A stretch of DNA of 64,000 bases from Phoronis australis (GCA_002633005.1 NMRA01000657.1:38342-102341), one strand, 5' to 3'; counted from the first letter of the stretch, positions 24,201-39,200 are shown. Made by a program: numbers and translations. The notes: a model not told the origin generated them from the letters alone.

Positions 24201-27200
24201 ATATTAGGCCTTTAAGACCTCATGCAGACTATATTATGCACGCGCATTTGTAGCCTAGAGTTTATCAGCTGATTAAGCTACCAAGGTCTCAGAGATCAAT
24301 GCTTGATTACAAAATAGCAAATGTCTGACCCGTGATGCCCAAAGGTTTTACATTCCTTCGTCAATATGTCACTAATCCTGCACCCAGTCACAGCCTCGCG
24401 GTTTCATTATTTGTATGAATTTTATGAGGTGGGCACGGGTGCTACGAGGTGAACTCCTACTTTCTGACTCCCCGTGTGCTGTGCGTGTGGATCACTTCCT
24501 TACTCTAGTCTGAAGACGTTGCAATGCCTCCTCCACACGGTCGTCATCGAGATTCATGTCGTTACGATACGTTTCAGTCATAAACCTTGCACTTCCTCTA
24601 ACGTTTGGCCCCCGGAGCTTATCAGACTCCGTTTTGACGGTTGGTCTAATGCTGAAACACCATCTGCGGCCACAACGACGATGAAGGGACCTCAGCGGCC
24701 GTCGGCACGCTTCTCAACAACACATGAGATATCCAGAAATGCCGAGAGCCTTACATATCTCTCTGATCTTTGTAATGAGAAAAGAAAACAGGCACACCTA
24801 GTCTAGACACGGAAGCAAAACACTAGATAGAACAGTGCTGCATTCGGCCATTGCACTTCAGTAGCTTCAGTTTTCAGACCTTCATCACCCTCGACTCCCA
24901 TGAGACAGTGAGCATAACTTACACCGATTACTGAGCGGAATTGCACAATATGACGACATCTGGACTTAGGGTTGTAAACACTATTAGTTGCAGAGCTGCG
25001 CCTGTGTATTGTTGTCAACGCTCATGCACCATTTCCGTATCAGTGGAAATTACTCGCGTCTTCTCCTAACTGCTTGGAATGTCCTTGGAAACCTTTTTGT
25101 GTTGGTGCCTCACCAAATCAATTACAATTTAAACATATTTCAAAACCTTACCAATTCTTCAAGTATATTTTCTTTCGTAATTTATACACTTTAATTTGAC
25201 AGCACGTGTTGAAGAGTTCCAACACTTCCACATCCCTTCCACCAATAGCCCCCTTCTCGTTTTCGCAATTGACTTCGTAGTACAAGGAAAATGATAACGC
25301 TGTACCGAAATAAAATCTGTTGACGAAAATTTCCTTTTGGCAATCACGGCTTTCTGATGTTATCCAAGACCCTAATACCAAAAGCAAGGGCGTTCATTCT
25401 CGTTCATTTTCGTCCCAAACCTCTGCTAAAACCAAGATCCCCTTACCTTTTACAGAAGCTGACGAGGCCTTTTAAAGGGGATTGTGCCCCATTCGTGTCG
25501 ACCTCTGACTATACTCCATATGTAGTTTACAGCTACATGAAGCTTAATCCATAAAGCAGCAATAAATTGATAATCACGTTTAGAAGGTGATCATACAAAA
25601 CTTTTCCGATAAATCAATGTCTACCAAAATGTATCTTTTCGGTCAAGATGGATTGTCAAATTTAAATGTTCATCAAAAAGTCTCGGAGAAGCATTCGCCA
25701 TCAAAATGTTTGCGTGAAGTCCAGATATGGCAGCTTCCGGTAAGTAAAAACGAAAACCAATCGCTTTCGGAAGTGACCGTTCGTATTCAGCAATGAAGCA
25801 ACAATTTCAAGCATAGAAGGCGTAATCCAATATTGAATAAATGGCTGATTACCATACACTGTATAAAAATACTGAATCAGCCTTGTAGAAAGTTCACCAG
25901 GTGCGCAACGAGTAGATAGAGATGTTATAAAGCCATTGAAGAGATACTGCGGCAATAGCACAGAAAATGCGACCTATTTATCCCAGAGCTGAAAGATTAA
26001 GCGATTTATATTATCAATTTTAAACAATATGGAATTTAGTTACTCACTTTTACCACCACAGTGCTTACAGGCCTTGGGACAAACCGTATCCATCAAAATC
26101 TTGTATTTCTCCATTGTACACGCGCCTACAGCAGCCCAAAGAGTACATTCCTCCATTTTGTCCTCGCATTCTTCGTAATAGAAAGGGATTTGCTGAAAAC
26201 TATTCCTGACACCACCGACAAAATGCGTTTATTGTACAATGAGATTAAACATTAAGCATGCAAATTCAAGCCAGAGTTTTTGTGAATTGGCGTTTGTGGT
26301 TTGCAGAGATGAAAAGAAAACAACAATTCGTGTATAAATTGACTTCAAAATTGCTGATATAGCATTCACATAATTGTAAAACTGAAAACGTAAGTGACAA
26401 ACTACACTACGTCCTGCTACGACGTTACCATTCAAAATGATTTATAACCGGCGCTAGAGATGATTTATTTGCTACACGTTAAGCTGGTTTGTGATTTTTA
26501 ATTGCGACTTTAAACGGTTTACAGTTTAGTACTCACTTTCAGGGCCGCCAATGCACAGCTCGCAGGCTTTCGGACAGTTCGCGTCCATGTATGCCTTGTA
26601 TGGTGAATTTCGACATTCCCCTACAGTAGCCCAATAGCCACAGAAGGGATGTTTGTTCTTGCATTCTGCGTAAAGAAGAGGAATGTGCTGGGCGTATTCT
26701 ACTTTAAAATTAGATATTACGCGTGTAAGATCAAGCCAGAAATCATTCCTTGTGAATGGCAGTTCGTGATTGCTGAGATGAACAGAAAACGACAATTCGA
26801 GTTTAAACCAAGTTGATATAGCATTAACATAATAGTAAAACTGAAACGTAAGCGACAAAAAGCACAACGTTCTACTGCGGTACTAGCAAACATTACGGTT
26901 TATAAATGTTAGATGGTTATTTTTGAAAGAACTATCTGTCCCAGACCTAAACAATTAAGTAACTTTAAATTAACAACAATGCAAGAGATATTTCTAAATT
27001 ACTCACCACACAGATCGCAGGCTCTAGGACATTTTTTGGACATGTATGTATTGTATTTTTGATGTGTGCAGTAGCCAAGATCAGCCCAAGCCTCACAGTT
27101 ATTGCTTCCGTCCTGGCAATCTGCGTAACGACAAGGAATCTGGGGAAAAGTGTTTCTGACGCCATTCCACAAACAAAGAGAACGTATTGCGCTACAAATC

Positions 27201-30200
27201 ATACGAATGCAAATTTTAGCCAGAAATCCATTGTAAAATTGAGGAGTTTTTGACTAATACTCTAGAAAATAGAACGACGTTTGGCAGAAATTACAACGTA
27301 TTCCGGATCCAAGTCTAATAATCAAGAACATGTATTCTACATTAACCATAAGCTCTAGCTAAGAATCAGATGACCTGAGCATCATACTGTAAGTGCCGAG
27401 ATGAAGTTAGATCTGTAAACTAAAATTGACAAATTATCTTCAAGTTAATCTAAAACACTAATGATAAATCATGGAAATTTGAAAAAATTGAAAACCAAGT
27501 GAGACAAAACACAATCTTAGTCTGCGACATTAGCATACATAATGACTTATAATTACAAATAAAAATGTCAAGGGCAATCTGGTAGCCGGACCCAGAAACG
27601 TGTTGCAATTGTCGCAACCTTTTTCTTAACATTTTACTAATAGTTGATTATCCCAGACATATTTTTCATTTACACACAGGTGACCTAAAGTCGTGAATAT
27701 AAGCATACTACCCAATTCCCGTTAGCAACTGCTCATGTGATGTCATATATCTGCCTTTACAAATATACGTGTTTTGACAATCTTAATCCTTGTTTGTATC
27801 CGTAAGCAGAGTTTTAAAACGGTGTCTGCCATTTTGAATGAGGCCTTAAAGTCGTGAACGTTTCGTTTAGACGGAAATGCACGAAGTATGATCACACAAG
27901 TCAACTACAGTGCTAACAGTTACTCTAGATGGCATAAAATTGCATTGCATTGTTTATTGATTCAGTTTCAATTGAAATAAATTGTTATATGTTTTGCACC
28001 CAACTTTGATGTGCACAGACGTTTTCAGTGAGGTTGTTCACCTAAATCGCTAAGAACCCAGCATGAATTATCACACTGTTTTTAATATATATTTGAAAAA
28101 AGAAGCCACTCACTCACTGTTGTTATCATATTGTGAATACGAACACGTCCGGGTATTCGTTTGACGTTCTTAAGCAGACGAACGCTGGAAACTTCAACGC
28201 CAGATGTCGCAGGACCTCGCAGAAGAGGAAATAAGATCGTTCACGACTTTAGGGCACTGACGACTTTAGGACCGCTGACGGTAACTGACGTTTAGGGGGT
28301 TAAGAATTTTATCTTAATTTGTTTTCGCATAATCTAACTGTTAGACCTGTCGAGTCAGTCATTATTTTAACTCGGTTGTCATTAGTTCTGTAGTTATTTG
28401 AGTTTGTTTATTATGAGTCAGTCAACATGCGGCACGGTTGCTACATTGCCGGGATGTGCTCATTATCGTCTCACGCGCACACTGCGGTATGCCACTATAT
28501 CGCTTTCCGAAAGATGACACACTCTGCCGCGCTTGCCTCGTTCGTGTGAAGAACGCAGCGTTACCCGACCACGTAACGTGCAAAGCAGTGGAGAATTACC
28601 GAGTATGTGGCACGCATTTTCTGCCGTCGGATTACGAAAGATACGTACAACGCCTGGAGAATGATGCCATATCGTCGCTATGGATTCCCGGCAGTGCTCC
28701 GTCACCACCCCCGTGAAGTGCATTTTTGAAGCGAAAAGCTTCGTGGCCTCTTCAGTTACTGCAGGACCTTGATATACTGCGACCCGTGCCTCCGAACGAA
28801 CCCCAGAGCGTGCAATTTCAGAAACTAGCAGTGATTCGCCCTTTGCTGGTGTTGTCGGCAGCCCAGAACTTGTAAGTTGCCCTTCAGGAATGTTGAGTAG
28901 TGGGAGTTAATACAGGCCCAGTTCGACACCCAGTGATTAGGACAGTCCAGTCAACTGTGTGTCACGCACGTCACTGTGAAATGGGTCGCCAGCTCCAGCC
29001 ATGTACAGGTTACTACAAACTAAACGATCTCTAAAACCAACGTCATTGAGTTCTCTAACAACCTTGCTTGCCGTAGGCTACTCATACATAGGAAGTGGTG
29101 ACAACAACTTTCAGGGAACCACCATGAAAAGAACAGTAGAACAGATCCTAGCAATAAACGCAGGAACAACATGGCGGGATTTTCCTAAGCCCATTAACGT
29201 CACTTCCGGTGTAGGGCACAAAAACTTAATTAAATTACGAGATGCCATAATTAACTGAAAATATGTCTGGGATAATCAACGAACCTTATTTTAGTAAAAT
29301 GACATGAACAAGGCTCACTTCTTCTTTACAATGTTTGGTTATTTCCAAATGGAAATCTACGTGTAAGATACACGCTAAGAGCAGCAGATTACACTGACGA
29401 GTTACTATCTAAACACAATAGAGTCGACAAACCACCAGCAAGTAGGATGTTTACCTAAACAACGTTGATCAATCAGTGTCCCGAGGCGGACGAGTCCACA
29501 TTTCTAAAATATCACAAAAAACAAATCCCACAAAAACATTGCCTGATTGTACAAAATAATTCCCACTATTTTTTCAAGTACAGAGGTTATAGTGATTAAA
29601 CCTGAAAGATGAAGTAACTTTCAATTGCTTAATTTGAACGACATAGGAATTAATTCTAAGTCACTAACCACAGAGATTGCAGGTTTCGGTGCAATTCTCT
29701 GCCATTTTTTCCTTGAATCGTTCGTCTGTACAGTAGCCAAGACGAGCCGAGTCCTTACAGGCTGTGTCTTTGTCCTTGCAATCTGCGTAATATAAAGGAA
29801 TTTAATGAAACCTGTGTCTGACGTCATTTCACAAATCAAACGAGCCTGTTAGACACTTATTGAGTAAGTGCAATGTTATAATTTGGGCAGAAGTCAAGAA
29901 CATGGTCAGATGGAATGTGGTAGCTGAAGTGTACTTAAGAAATAACACAACAGATACGACTAAGAAATACAATGTCAGAGATCTGTGTGTTAGTACGAGG
30001 ATCGGTCAACAGGACACTCATTCAACAAGTGTCGAGTCCTACAGCTTGGATAGGAGATATGTTAAGGTTAATTAATTGACCTTATAACTACAGAGGATGA
30101 TATCGTACACTGTACTTACATTGCAAGTGTACTTAAGTAGCATCAGGTTCCACTTGCATTAATGACCGATCATTAAATAAAAATCAATTACTGGATTTAA

Positions 30201-33200
30201 TCATTTCCTCTCCATCCACGCACAATCAAATGCATAGCTGCCTTTTAAAGTAAACACACAGTAAACTTATGATGCATTGGGCCTTCAAATTATCGTTTGT
30301 AACGGAGTCCCGTTACATCCTGTACACTTTTATGGATCTGTGATTTTTGAGATGGCCTCAAGATCTCGTGTTTTCCAGAATTACATTACATAACCAATCA
30401 GGTCGGTTTGTTTTTCAAGCACCGTTCTTGCATTGGTACAATTAGGTCATGACTTGGAGAAAAGGTCCATCTATGCATCTAGAGGCGCATCCATTTGACC
30501 AAAGAATTTTACGGCAGACCAGGGGCCCGTTCCAAGAAAACTGTCTTAGCTAAGACAAATCACAAACTTAAGTCAATTATAAGACAAATCTCAAGTTTGT
30601 CTTTAGTCCGTTCCAAGAAAGTGATCTTAAGTTCGTCTTAAGTTTTTGACTTAAGTTTTGTTTAAGTTTGAAGTAGCTTACCGGATGTGGAAGTTTCAAA
30701 GCTTTATTGATATGTCAAATATTGCAATGGCCATGATTTTTCTCCAAAGGACTTCTTACGGACAAAGCGGACAGTCTAATGATCATCGAGACCGTTTTTC
30801 ACTATCTTAACAGATCGAACGTAATCCAGCTCCGACACGAGCACATGATCAATCAGAATACCAGTCTCCACAACATAGAAATATTCAGTTACAACTTGAT
30901 GAAAGTTCAAAAACAGTGTCAATTCAGGTCACACCGTGAAATTCACACTGCCACTTAAATCAATGTTCAAATACCAAACCATCACAATCTGCATGGTTCT
31001 GTTGATTAAGATTTCAAAACATTATGTTAGATCAGCATAAGTACTTGGGGAACTGTAGACATTTAAAACAAGAGGAAGCTTAACCCTGTTGAACAGTATC
31101 GGTATACATAAAATTTCCATACCACCCCCTTCGAAATCAAGTTCCCTTTTCATGGAATTTAAGCTGTGGCATAAGTTGCAACATCTTCATGACAACTACC
31201 ATCAACGTAATCGCGCGGTTTAAGTTTGAAATCCGGAATTATGTTTTCTGGTCATATACATTTACGTTTGACGACAGCCATTGATGTCTCTTGAAAACAA
31301 AGACAGTCAAGTTGTACTGATACCTCAGATATTTTGTAATAAATACTTCTTATATTACACAAACACAATTACGGGTTAGCTTGCAGGCCAAAGTTTCGAT
31401 TATGACACCATGACAGATAATAGTTTACAAGGTGACCGCCTCGTATTGACTAAGAGGAAGCTAATGTGTGATTGCGGTTGCATGCAAATGAAGTCACTCA
31501 TCCTCTGAGGTCCAGGTTGTATCATTTTCACACCCCGTACAATGTACAATTTACGGATGAAAACAAGATTTAACACCTCAAATGCCAAGAAGAAGCTTCG
31601 AGAATGTTCACTGGTCAACTGCTGAAATTGTTCCAAAATGGCACCAGTTTACTATTCTCCTAAACCACAGGGGCAATGGTAGTTATTATCGAGCAGCCTT
31701 AGAACTGAAACTATGAGTGACTTTTCAATACTTAAACTGGAACGATAGAGAATTCAAATACCCACCACAGAGCTTGCAGGCTTTGCTACAATGCTTCTCC
31801 ATGTGTTCTTTGTACTTTGCTTCTGTACAGCGGCCAAGACCAGCCCAAGTGTTGCAGTAACTCATTTCGTCCTGGCACTCTGCGTATTATTTTTTTTTAC
31901 ATAATTTCACTTATGAACGGAATGCATTGTACATTAAATATTAATATGTTTATAAGTTGTAGCCAAAAACCCTATATAATGTGTCTTTAAATTAACTTCC
32001 AACGTTACTGATTCGGGTGTAAAGCATAAACAAGATCGTAAAACGTAGGCAACACAAGACACGATGTTTAACTGTGCGACATTAGCATTATGAATTTTAA
32101 TGCACCTTGTAAAGGAAATCTGACAACCCGACCCTGGACAGAATTATACCATGGGATTTGAGAAGCTTGTTGATACAAAATTCTGAATCTGCATGAAGGA
32201 TGCATGCCCGGGCTACTATCGACGGCATTTTGAGACTACGGGCCACTAGTAAGTTAGACGGTCGTGGTGTCCGCGTACTGTGCTTCTGATATGGTGAGAG
32301 TTGCGACGATGACGGGCGCTGCACCTGTCCGGCATAGCCAAAAAACTTAAAAAGCAATCATTCAGAAAGCCTTGTATGGTTGCATGAAATAGTCCAAAAA
32401 GAACTCCTCTATTTTTTCAAGCACGTTCATGTAGAAAACGTTAGTTAATTCGAAGAGTATATATTAGAAACATTAAGAAAATTTGTGTTTGCTTGAACGA
32501 CGTAGGATTCAGTTATATGTGTAAATGTATATTACTCACTTTTGCCACCGCCTCCGCCACAAAGAAGGCAGGATTTCCTGCAATTCTCTGACATGTATGG
32601 TTGGTATTGTCCAGTACAGAACCCCTCTCCACTCCAATATCCACAGAATTGACTTTTGTCCATGCAATCTGCGTAATAGAAAGGAATTTGGTGTTAACTG
32701 TTCTGGACGCCAATTCACAAATGAAGCGAATAATTATATTGTATAATGAATCTTACTCACATAAGTTCTAGACAGAAATCCACTGCAATTTTCAGCTAAG
32801 GAGTACTGAGACAAAAAAGCCTGGCAGCGAATTCACCAAGTGCACATGAAGTAGATAGTGGTATGATAAAGGTACTAGCGCAATAGCACAAGCATAGAGT
32901 CCATTGGGTGACAGCGTGAAATCCTACTATGTTCATGGAATTCGCTACTGAAGATGGTTCCGTTCAAGAAGTTGTTCTTGTGTCCTTCTAAGTGGGGGTA
33001 CGTGCAGTCACGGATACGACACAAGATTAGTCAATCACAATTATACCACCTTCGCGGAATTCCAACATTTTTTTAAGTGTCAGACATATGTATTTCTGCT
33101 TTGCACCACTTTGTGATTCGCCCAGGATGTAATACCAAAAAACACGTACTCAGTGTTATACCACAATATTAGCCTCGAATGGCAGATACAACCGTGTAAT

Positions 33201-36200
33201 AACCCATAAAGTTATCTCACTAGTGAGATAACATTTTGGCGGGAAACCGATGCCGGATTCGAACCCGGGCCTCAAACGTTTCGAGTCGCCGGCTTTACCA
33301 CTACACCACTCAGCGACTGACGTCATCGAAAGTGAAAATAGAATACTTAAATGAGCACGCTCAACAATCACATGTTCAGCAAAGGGCATTGCACCGACAT
33401 TTATACGCTATGAAAAATAAAACTCATAATTGCCATAAAAACGGATATTTTAATTCAGTCGTGGATTTTGGAGTATTCTCCAAAATCCACTCGGGCTCTA
33501 GATAACGGGGGATAACGACTTCGCCATGTAATAATCTATATTTATTAACCAGTTGTGTCGTAACACATCCCACTTCGTGTGAGAAAATGACGAATTGTAC
33601 CAAATGAGCATGATAAAAGCAGGAATATACTTAGCAACTTGCTCAGTCGCCAATGCGACCAAAAACGGTGCATTAAAAAACATAGACGCAGTGCGCTCGA
33701 ATAGAGCCAGTGGATGATAAGATTAATGTGATTCGTCCAGACGAAAGGTCACAGTGAGTGAAAAAAATTAAGAAACAATACTCTGAGGGCTTACCGGTGA
33801 ACGGTTGGTAATCGAAATAGCGGCGATGTTTATTTGTGACTAACTACAAGTACATGAAGATCATGAATGGGCGCGCGGTTTCAAAGTTTCGTTGGCAGCC
33901 ATACAGCGACCGACTTAGTTGCCGACGCGAAAGTTGAATTAGCGCTCTCTGAATGATTCTTGGGTTTGAGTATCTAAGTATGCATCTTGATATTCATGAA
34001 GGAAAAAATACAGGTTGGAAAAATACCCGTGAATTTTTTCAAGGATTGATCTACCAAATGATTGTCAACAAAGTCGTCAAACAAAGATAACTCTTACGTG
34101 CAACAAACAACCGTCTTTTGTTCACAGTGCAAATTTTGGAACTCCACCAAATGAAAAACATGCTGTCGAAAAAATCCGTTTGCTTAGCCGAATGACATAT
34201 TGATGCGCGAGTGAGCAAATCAATGCAAATGTCACGACAAAAATCTTTTAATTGATATGTTGTTCACAGACTTATTAAAAGATTAGTTTTGCATGAAATG
34301 AAGTCTTGAAATATTTGTGTTCTCGCAGATTTCCATGCTCAGGTGAGTCGAGTTTGCTCCTTTATCACTGAATACCAGATCAGGACAAGATTTTCTGCCT
34401 CAAGCAATTTGGTTTTGCCCAGACACAGAACATCGTTTTATTCTAAGTCCTTCTTTATTCAGACCATCAAACAACGGAAAAAATTTGCCTAATAGTCTTA
34501 AGGATGCTGATAGTTATGATAATTTCAGACACCACCTCATCAGTTACCTGTGGTCGTCCCTCCTTCTTGTCTTTCCAATATATTTCCCAAAAATTCTTAT
34601 TTATTTATTTATCTTTAATTCAGTTTGTTTATCCAATTTGTAAATACTATTTTATGTAATGTATCTTATTGTATCTTAATTTAATCTGTTTATCTAATTT
34701 AAATTAATTTATTTATTTTCTTGCTGCAGAGGACCATGCTGGATATTAGCCTTTGGCTAAAGCATGTTTTACATATATTGTATTTTTGTCCTTTTTAAAT
34801 AAACTTTATTATTATTAATATAATAAGTCCCACAATACGGAAAACTTTGGTCAGTCGCGACCAATAACTGGTGTTACAGTCAAGCCGGAATTCGGGGTTT
34901 TAACAATGAGAAAAGACGGGTTCGTTTGAAAAATGGATTTGCTCTCGCGTTGAACGAGAGTATGTGACTGTGTTTTTAGACTGCATAAGTGCCAATTTCA
35001 ACCCACGCGGTCGTTTTTGGCAGGAGACGCTTACATATCACGATGTAATCGGCGACAACTGCCAATACAACCACAGGCGTTGTGACTCGAAGTTGACCCT
35101 GTTTCGGCATTCTTTTAATTCGATTCTGTAAAGCAAACTTGGTTTATGGGGGTGACTGTGTGTGCAGATATCCTAACCAACTAGCCTTGTAGCCACCCGG
35201 AATAACCTTGTTTCCAGTAGGCCTACACTGTACTTCAGACGGAACAGTTTTGTTTCCAATTAATTCTCAAAAATCTACGACGCGGTCGACTGACGGAAAA
35301 TTAGAGGAGATGGAGAGGGTGGGGGAGGGGAAGCTAAAATATTCGTTAATTACCAGTTCGCACCACCCCATTCAGTTGCAAAAGCTGGCTAAGGACATGA
35401 CATAACGGAACTTGATAATCGAGCTGAGGAAACATCAAGACAGGAGAATAATGAGTCAGGGTATAATCGAACCCTTTGCACTTTATAAATGAGTGTTGGA
35501 TGTGTCCTTTCGAATTAGCTAGCGGGACTAGGAGTGTTGTTCCGTACATGTAGTTGAAACTAGAGGATGCGGAAAATAATTTGGCGTTCAATGATATTTC
35601 CAAGAACTGACTATGCTCTTTCTTGATACCGTAGCAGCTTTGCTGTTGTCACTTTAAGGACGCCTGTGGAGAAACCTTGCGCTTTATACTCCGATTAAAA
35701 GCCAAAAATAGCCATTCCCACTGACCGACGCTTCCTAATCAATGACGCGCCGACGTTAGTGGGAAAGGACTCGCAAGCAAGAGGGAAAACGGTTACTTCG
35801 TAACTCGGCTAAAATGATTACAGGCAAACTTTAGAAATTGAATCTGCGTAAATTTTCATTTCGATGAAGTTTAAAAAATGCCGTTATATAGTTTTCCCAT
35901 TGTTATCAATGCACACTTAATTGAAACTGACTGTAAGGACCAACTGTCCATGGAAACCTGCAAAATCGAACAACGTTCGTCGAAGAATACTTTCGCACCT
36001 TAAACACCTCTTATTCGGACGTGTAATAAGACATTAACGGAAAGTCTTGTTCAAGTGATTTAGAACAGATGCATAGACAGCATATTAAAAGTATCGCAAA
36101 AGAACCCCACCAGTCGATCAGCTGAGATATTGGAACCCCTCCTGTTCTCGAATTATTAGCATTCATCGGTGGTTCTAAATTACGTCGCAAAGGAGAGAAT

Positions 36201-39200
36201 ATATCACAGCGTTAGTCATCCTCCATTGTGAAAAGTAGTAAATCTGTTACAAATATTTCCCGATTTACTGAATAATGAATAATGAAAAGTTGCCTTTGGG
36301 GTGCTTGGGAAAAATCAGGATTTGAGCCTGCTGTTCCCTTTTTAACTTTCATGTAGGACATTCCACGAAGCGCGGATATGTTACTACTTTTTGCAACAAA
36401 CTTGCGTGTGGAACAAGACCGGAGAACAAGATATGATGACGTTTGAAGCCTTAGTGATTTGATTCAATCATTTTTTCAACACCTCTATGCTTCAGTGTGG
36501 GATTCACCAAAGTGCAAGAGGTCTAGAATGTGTTGAGGAGTTATGTAAAATAACATTCAATTTCACACAACTAAGCAATTCACTTAAAGGCCTTAATGTG
36601 GGGTTTTGACAGCTTAGCCTTTTGATATTTTTTTCTGGATTAAGTCTGACTGAGTTTCTGAAACGCAAGTGACAACTGGGCTTAGAATGGCGAACTGTGA
36701 TTACAAAGATACACTATATACTTACATACAGGCGCTGTTGTTTTGATAACCTGGCACCACTTTTGAAATCAAGTTTTCATTTTTGACAAACGTACATTGA
36801 CAGCAAAAATACCCCGTAAGTGATTTCCGTTAAGCCTTTTTACATGAAATCTTTCCAACATCACTCAAAATCCTATTAGGTATTTTCGATGTATTATTTA
36901 ATTTGGGTTTTATATCAAGTTATCTCATAAAAACAGCGGTTTTATTCGTCTGTGCCGCAGTGTCATAAAACTAGGACTTCAAAGTAATTAAAACCGTCAT
37001 TTATCTTGTTTTTAACAAGTGACTAAATTGTGGGCATCACTAAAGCAGTCCGCGAAAGTAACATCCCAAAAACAAGAAAATATATGACAGCAGAATGTTT
37101 CTTATCTACACACAGTGCTGCAGTGGCAAAATTAGAGGTAAGTAGGCGCCCAGAGCTCCCCCCGTATCATCTTGAACACTGAACGTAACTTACGGTGCGT
37201 AGGCGGTACGTTCAACTGCCAAAAGGTGGTTTGCTGTGGCTACCTGCACCTACGCTCCACTAAAGCACTGGCTCTACGGGCATGAATGAGACGTGTGAAC
37301 GTACCCACCTCCAGTGTGTAATGTACACCACCAGTGTGCCATGTCCACCAACAGTGTCCCAGGTCCACCGCCAGTGTGCCATGTCCACCACCAGTGTCCC
37401 ATGTCCACCACCAGTGTGCCACGTCCATCACCAGTGTGCCATGTCCACCGCCAGTGTGCTATGTCACGCAAGTTCTAACTTTAAACTGATGCCATATATG
37501 TTCTTTTCTGACGTACCGCGAGAAAGTGAAAAGAACCATGGTGTGCTAAGATGGCGAGTTGTCCCAACCACCAGAAATGCAACCCCTCGTCTTTCTTTAT
37601 TATAACGAAAAAATGGGTAAACGAGCAGCAACATGTGACGACTTCACGGTTCACACAGGGAAGGTCACCAACGCCGTGATGGTATGTTTATAGTCTAATC
37701 AATATATATCGACCAAGAAATGCTCATAACGCCTTATTATCTAATTAACATATTGTCAAATTGTTTTCGGGTGTTCTCGTTTGACAGTTGATAGACTGGT
37801 AGGGTTGTTTTGTTGCTTTGATGTGAACTTGGCGATTTTAAGCCCTTTAAAGAAAAATCTTTACATCGGTTTTGCGATTGATGAATACATAATATAAAAA
37901 GTGGAAATTTTCAGTGAAAACCACCAAGCCGTGTTCGAGAGCTTGTGTCCCTAAGTTCAAATTAAGTTGATTTCCTCAAGACGAGAAAAAGCGGAAAACA
38001 GTCTCTCAGTTTCCATTAAATACTAGGTGAAAAAATGTTGTTGGTCAACATAACATATAGTGTAGATGCCTCAACCTTGTTTGTTATTTTATTATTCAGC
38101 TGCAATATCAACAGAATATGCATTGAGTAATAAACATAATTGTCACTGAAACTTTCAAATATCTTAGTCAGGTTTAGTGAGTCGAGTCAACCTAGGTGAA
38201 AGGCGGAGCCAAGGTGGTAATTAGTCCCCATTTTATTGTAGTACACAACATATGAAGCACGCGCCGGAGATATCAAGAAACAAACTACGAAATGGACAAT
38301 AAAATCAAGTCGGTGGTTAAAACGCGAATTGATCGCGAGAACAAAACCGCGAAACTTCAAATTACCGATAAAATTGATGTATTTTGGGCGGGGATTAATC
38401 TTTTTTGGGGCGCAGATTAATCTTTTTTGGGCGGGAATTAATCTTTTTGGGCGGGGGATTAATCTTTTTGGGCGGGGATTAATATTTTGTCACGACTTCC
38501 TGTGTTCGTGAGCACGAACACTCTTAAGTTTTCGTTATCCGAGACATCTTTGTATGTTATTGTAAACTGTACAGTACTGTTCGGTGATTCAATATAATGG
38601 CGACTCCGTAAATGAAAGAAGTGTAGGTGCATGTACGTGTACATACGGAACTGCTCTGCGCCGAGCGGGAGAATCGACTTGAGTGACAGCTCTGTGAACT
38701 TTAAACTTTTATAAATAGTAAACAAATATCCACACGTTTGAGGTAGGTCTGGAAAATCGTGTTTTCGAACATTAACAGGCAAGATTGAAATTTAAAATTA
38801 ACTATTAATGGAGATAAAATACTCATCCACACTGATACTTTTTATTGCCAAAAGTGAAATGTAAGGCCCTACAGTTCCTTAAGGTTCGTTCTAAAAGCCA
38901 GGATTTTTGGATCGCACAAATCATTTACAAGGTCCAGCAAAATCTTCTCTTTGTTGAGAAAAGAAACCATGTCCGCCAAGGCCGTTAGCTGAACAATTTA
39001 CTGTTTATGTAACTTCCAAAAGCATCTCGTTCTTCGCATACATTATGGAATTACAAGTGACCATCTCTGCATTCCAAATGAACGATACAGAAACTCAAGC
39101 TGTTTTGCCACAGAATTATGTCCACCTAGATGCCCTCAGTTCGGCATGTTCTTGATTTCAAATGTTAAAACGGAAGGGAGATGGAATTGACGATTTATGT

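Noticed and set aside
23100-25100. Cluster of short ORFs next to a Kolobok-like end (AGGCCTTTAA near 24210)
   Set aside because: Probably decayed transposon, but no motif could be assigned with confidence.
33247-33317. Functional tRNA gene (TCG in the loop)
   Set aside because: Acceptor and anticodon stems pair poorly, and it sits within an interspersed repeat whose second copy has a degraded B box.
34329-34342. Plus-strand 14-nt micro-exon with strong sites (ttctcgcag|...CAG|GTGAGT)
   Set aside because: No partner exons found; can arise by chance in 64 kb.
37240-37605. Trp/His- and Cys/Pro-rich ORFs
   Set aside because: Produced by a 20-bp minisatellite whose unit is not a multiple of three.
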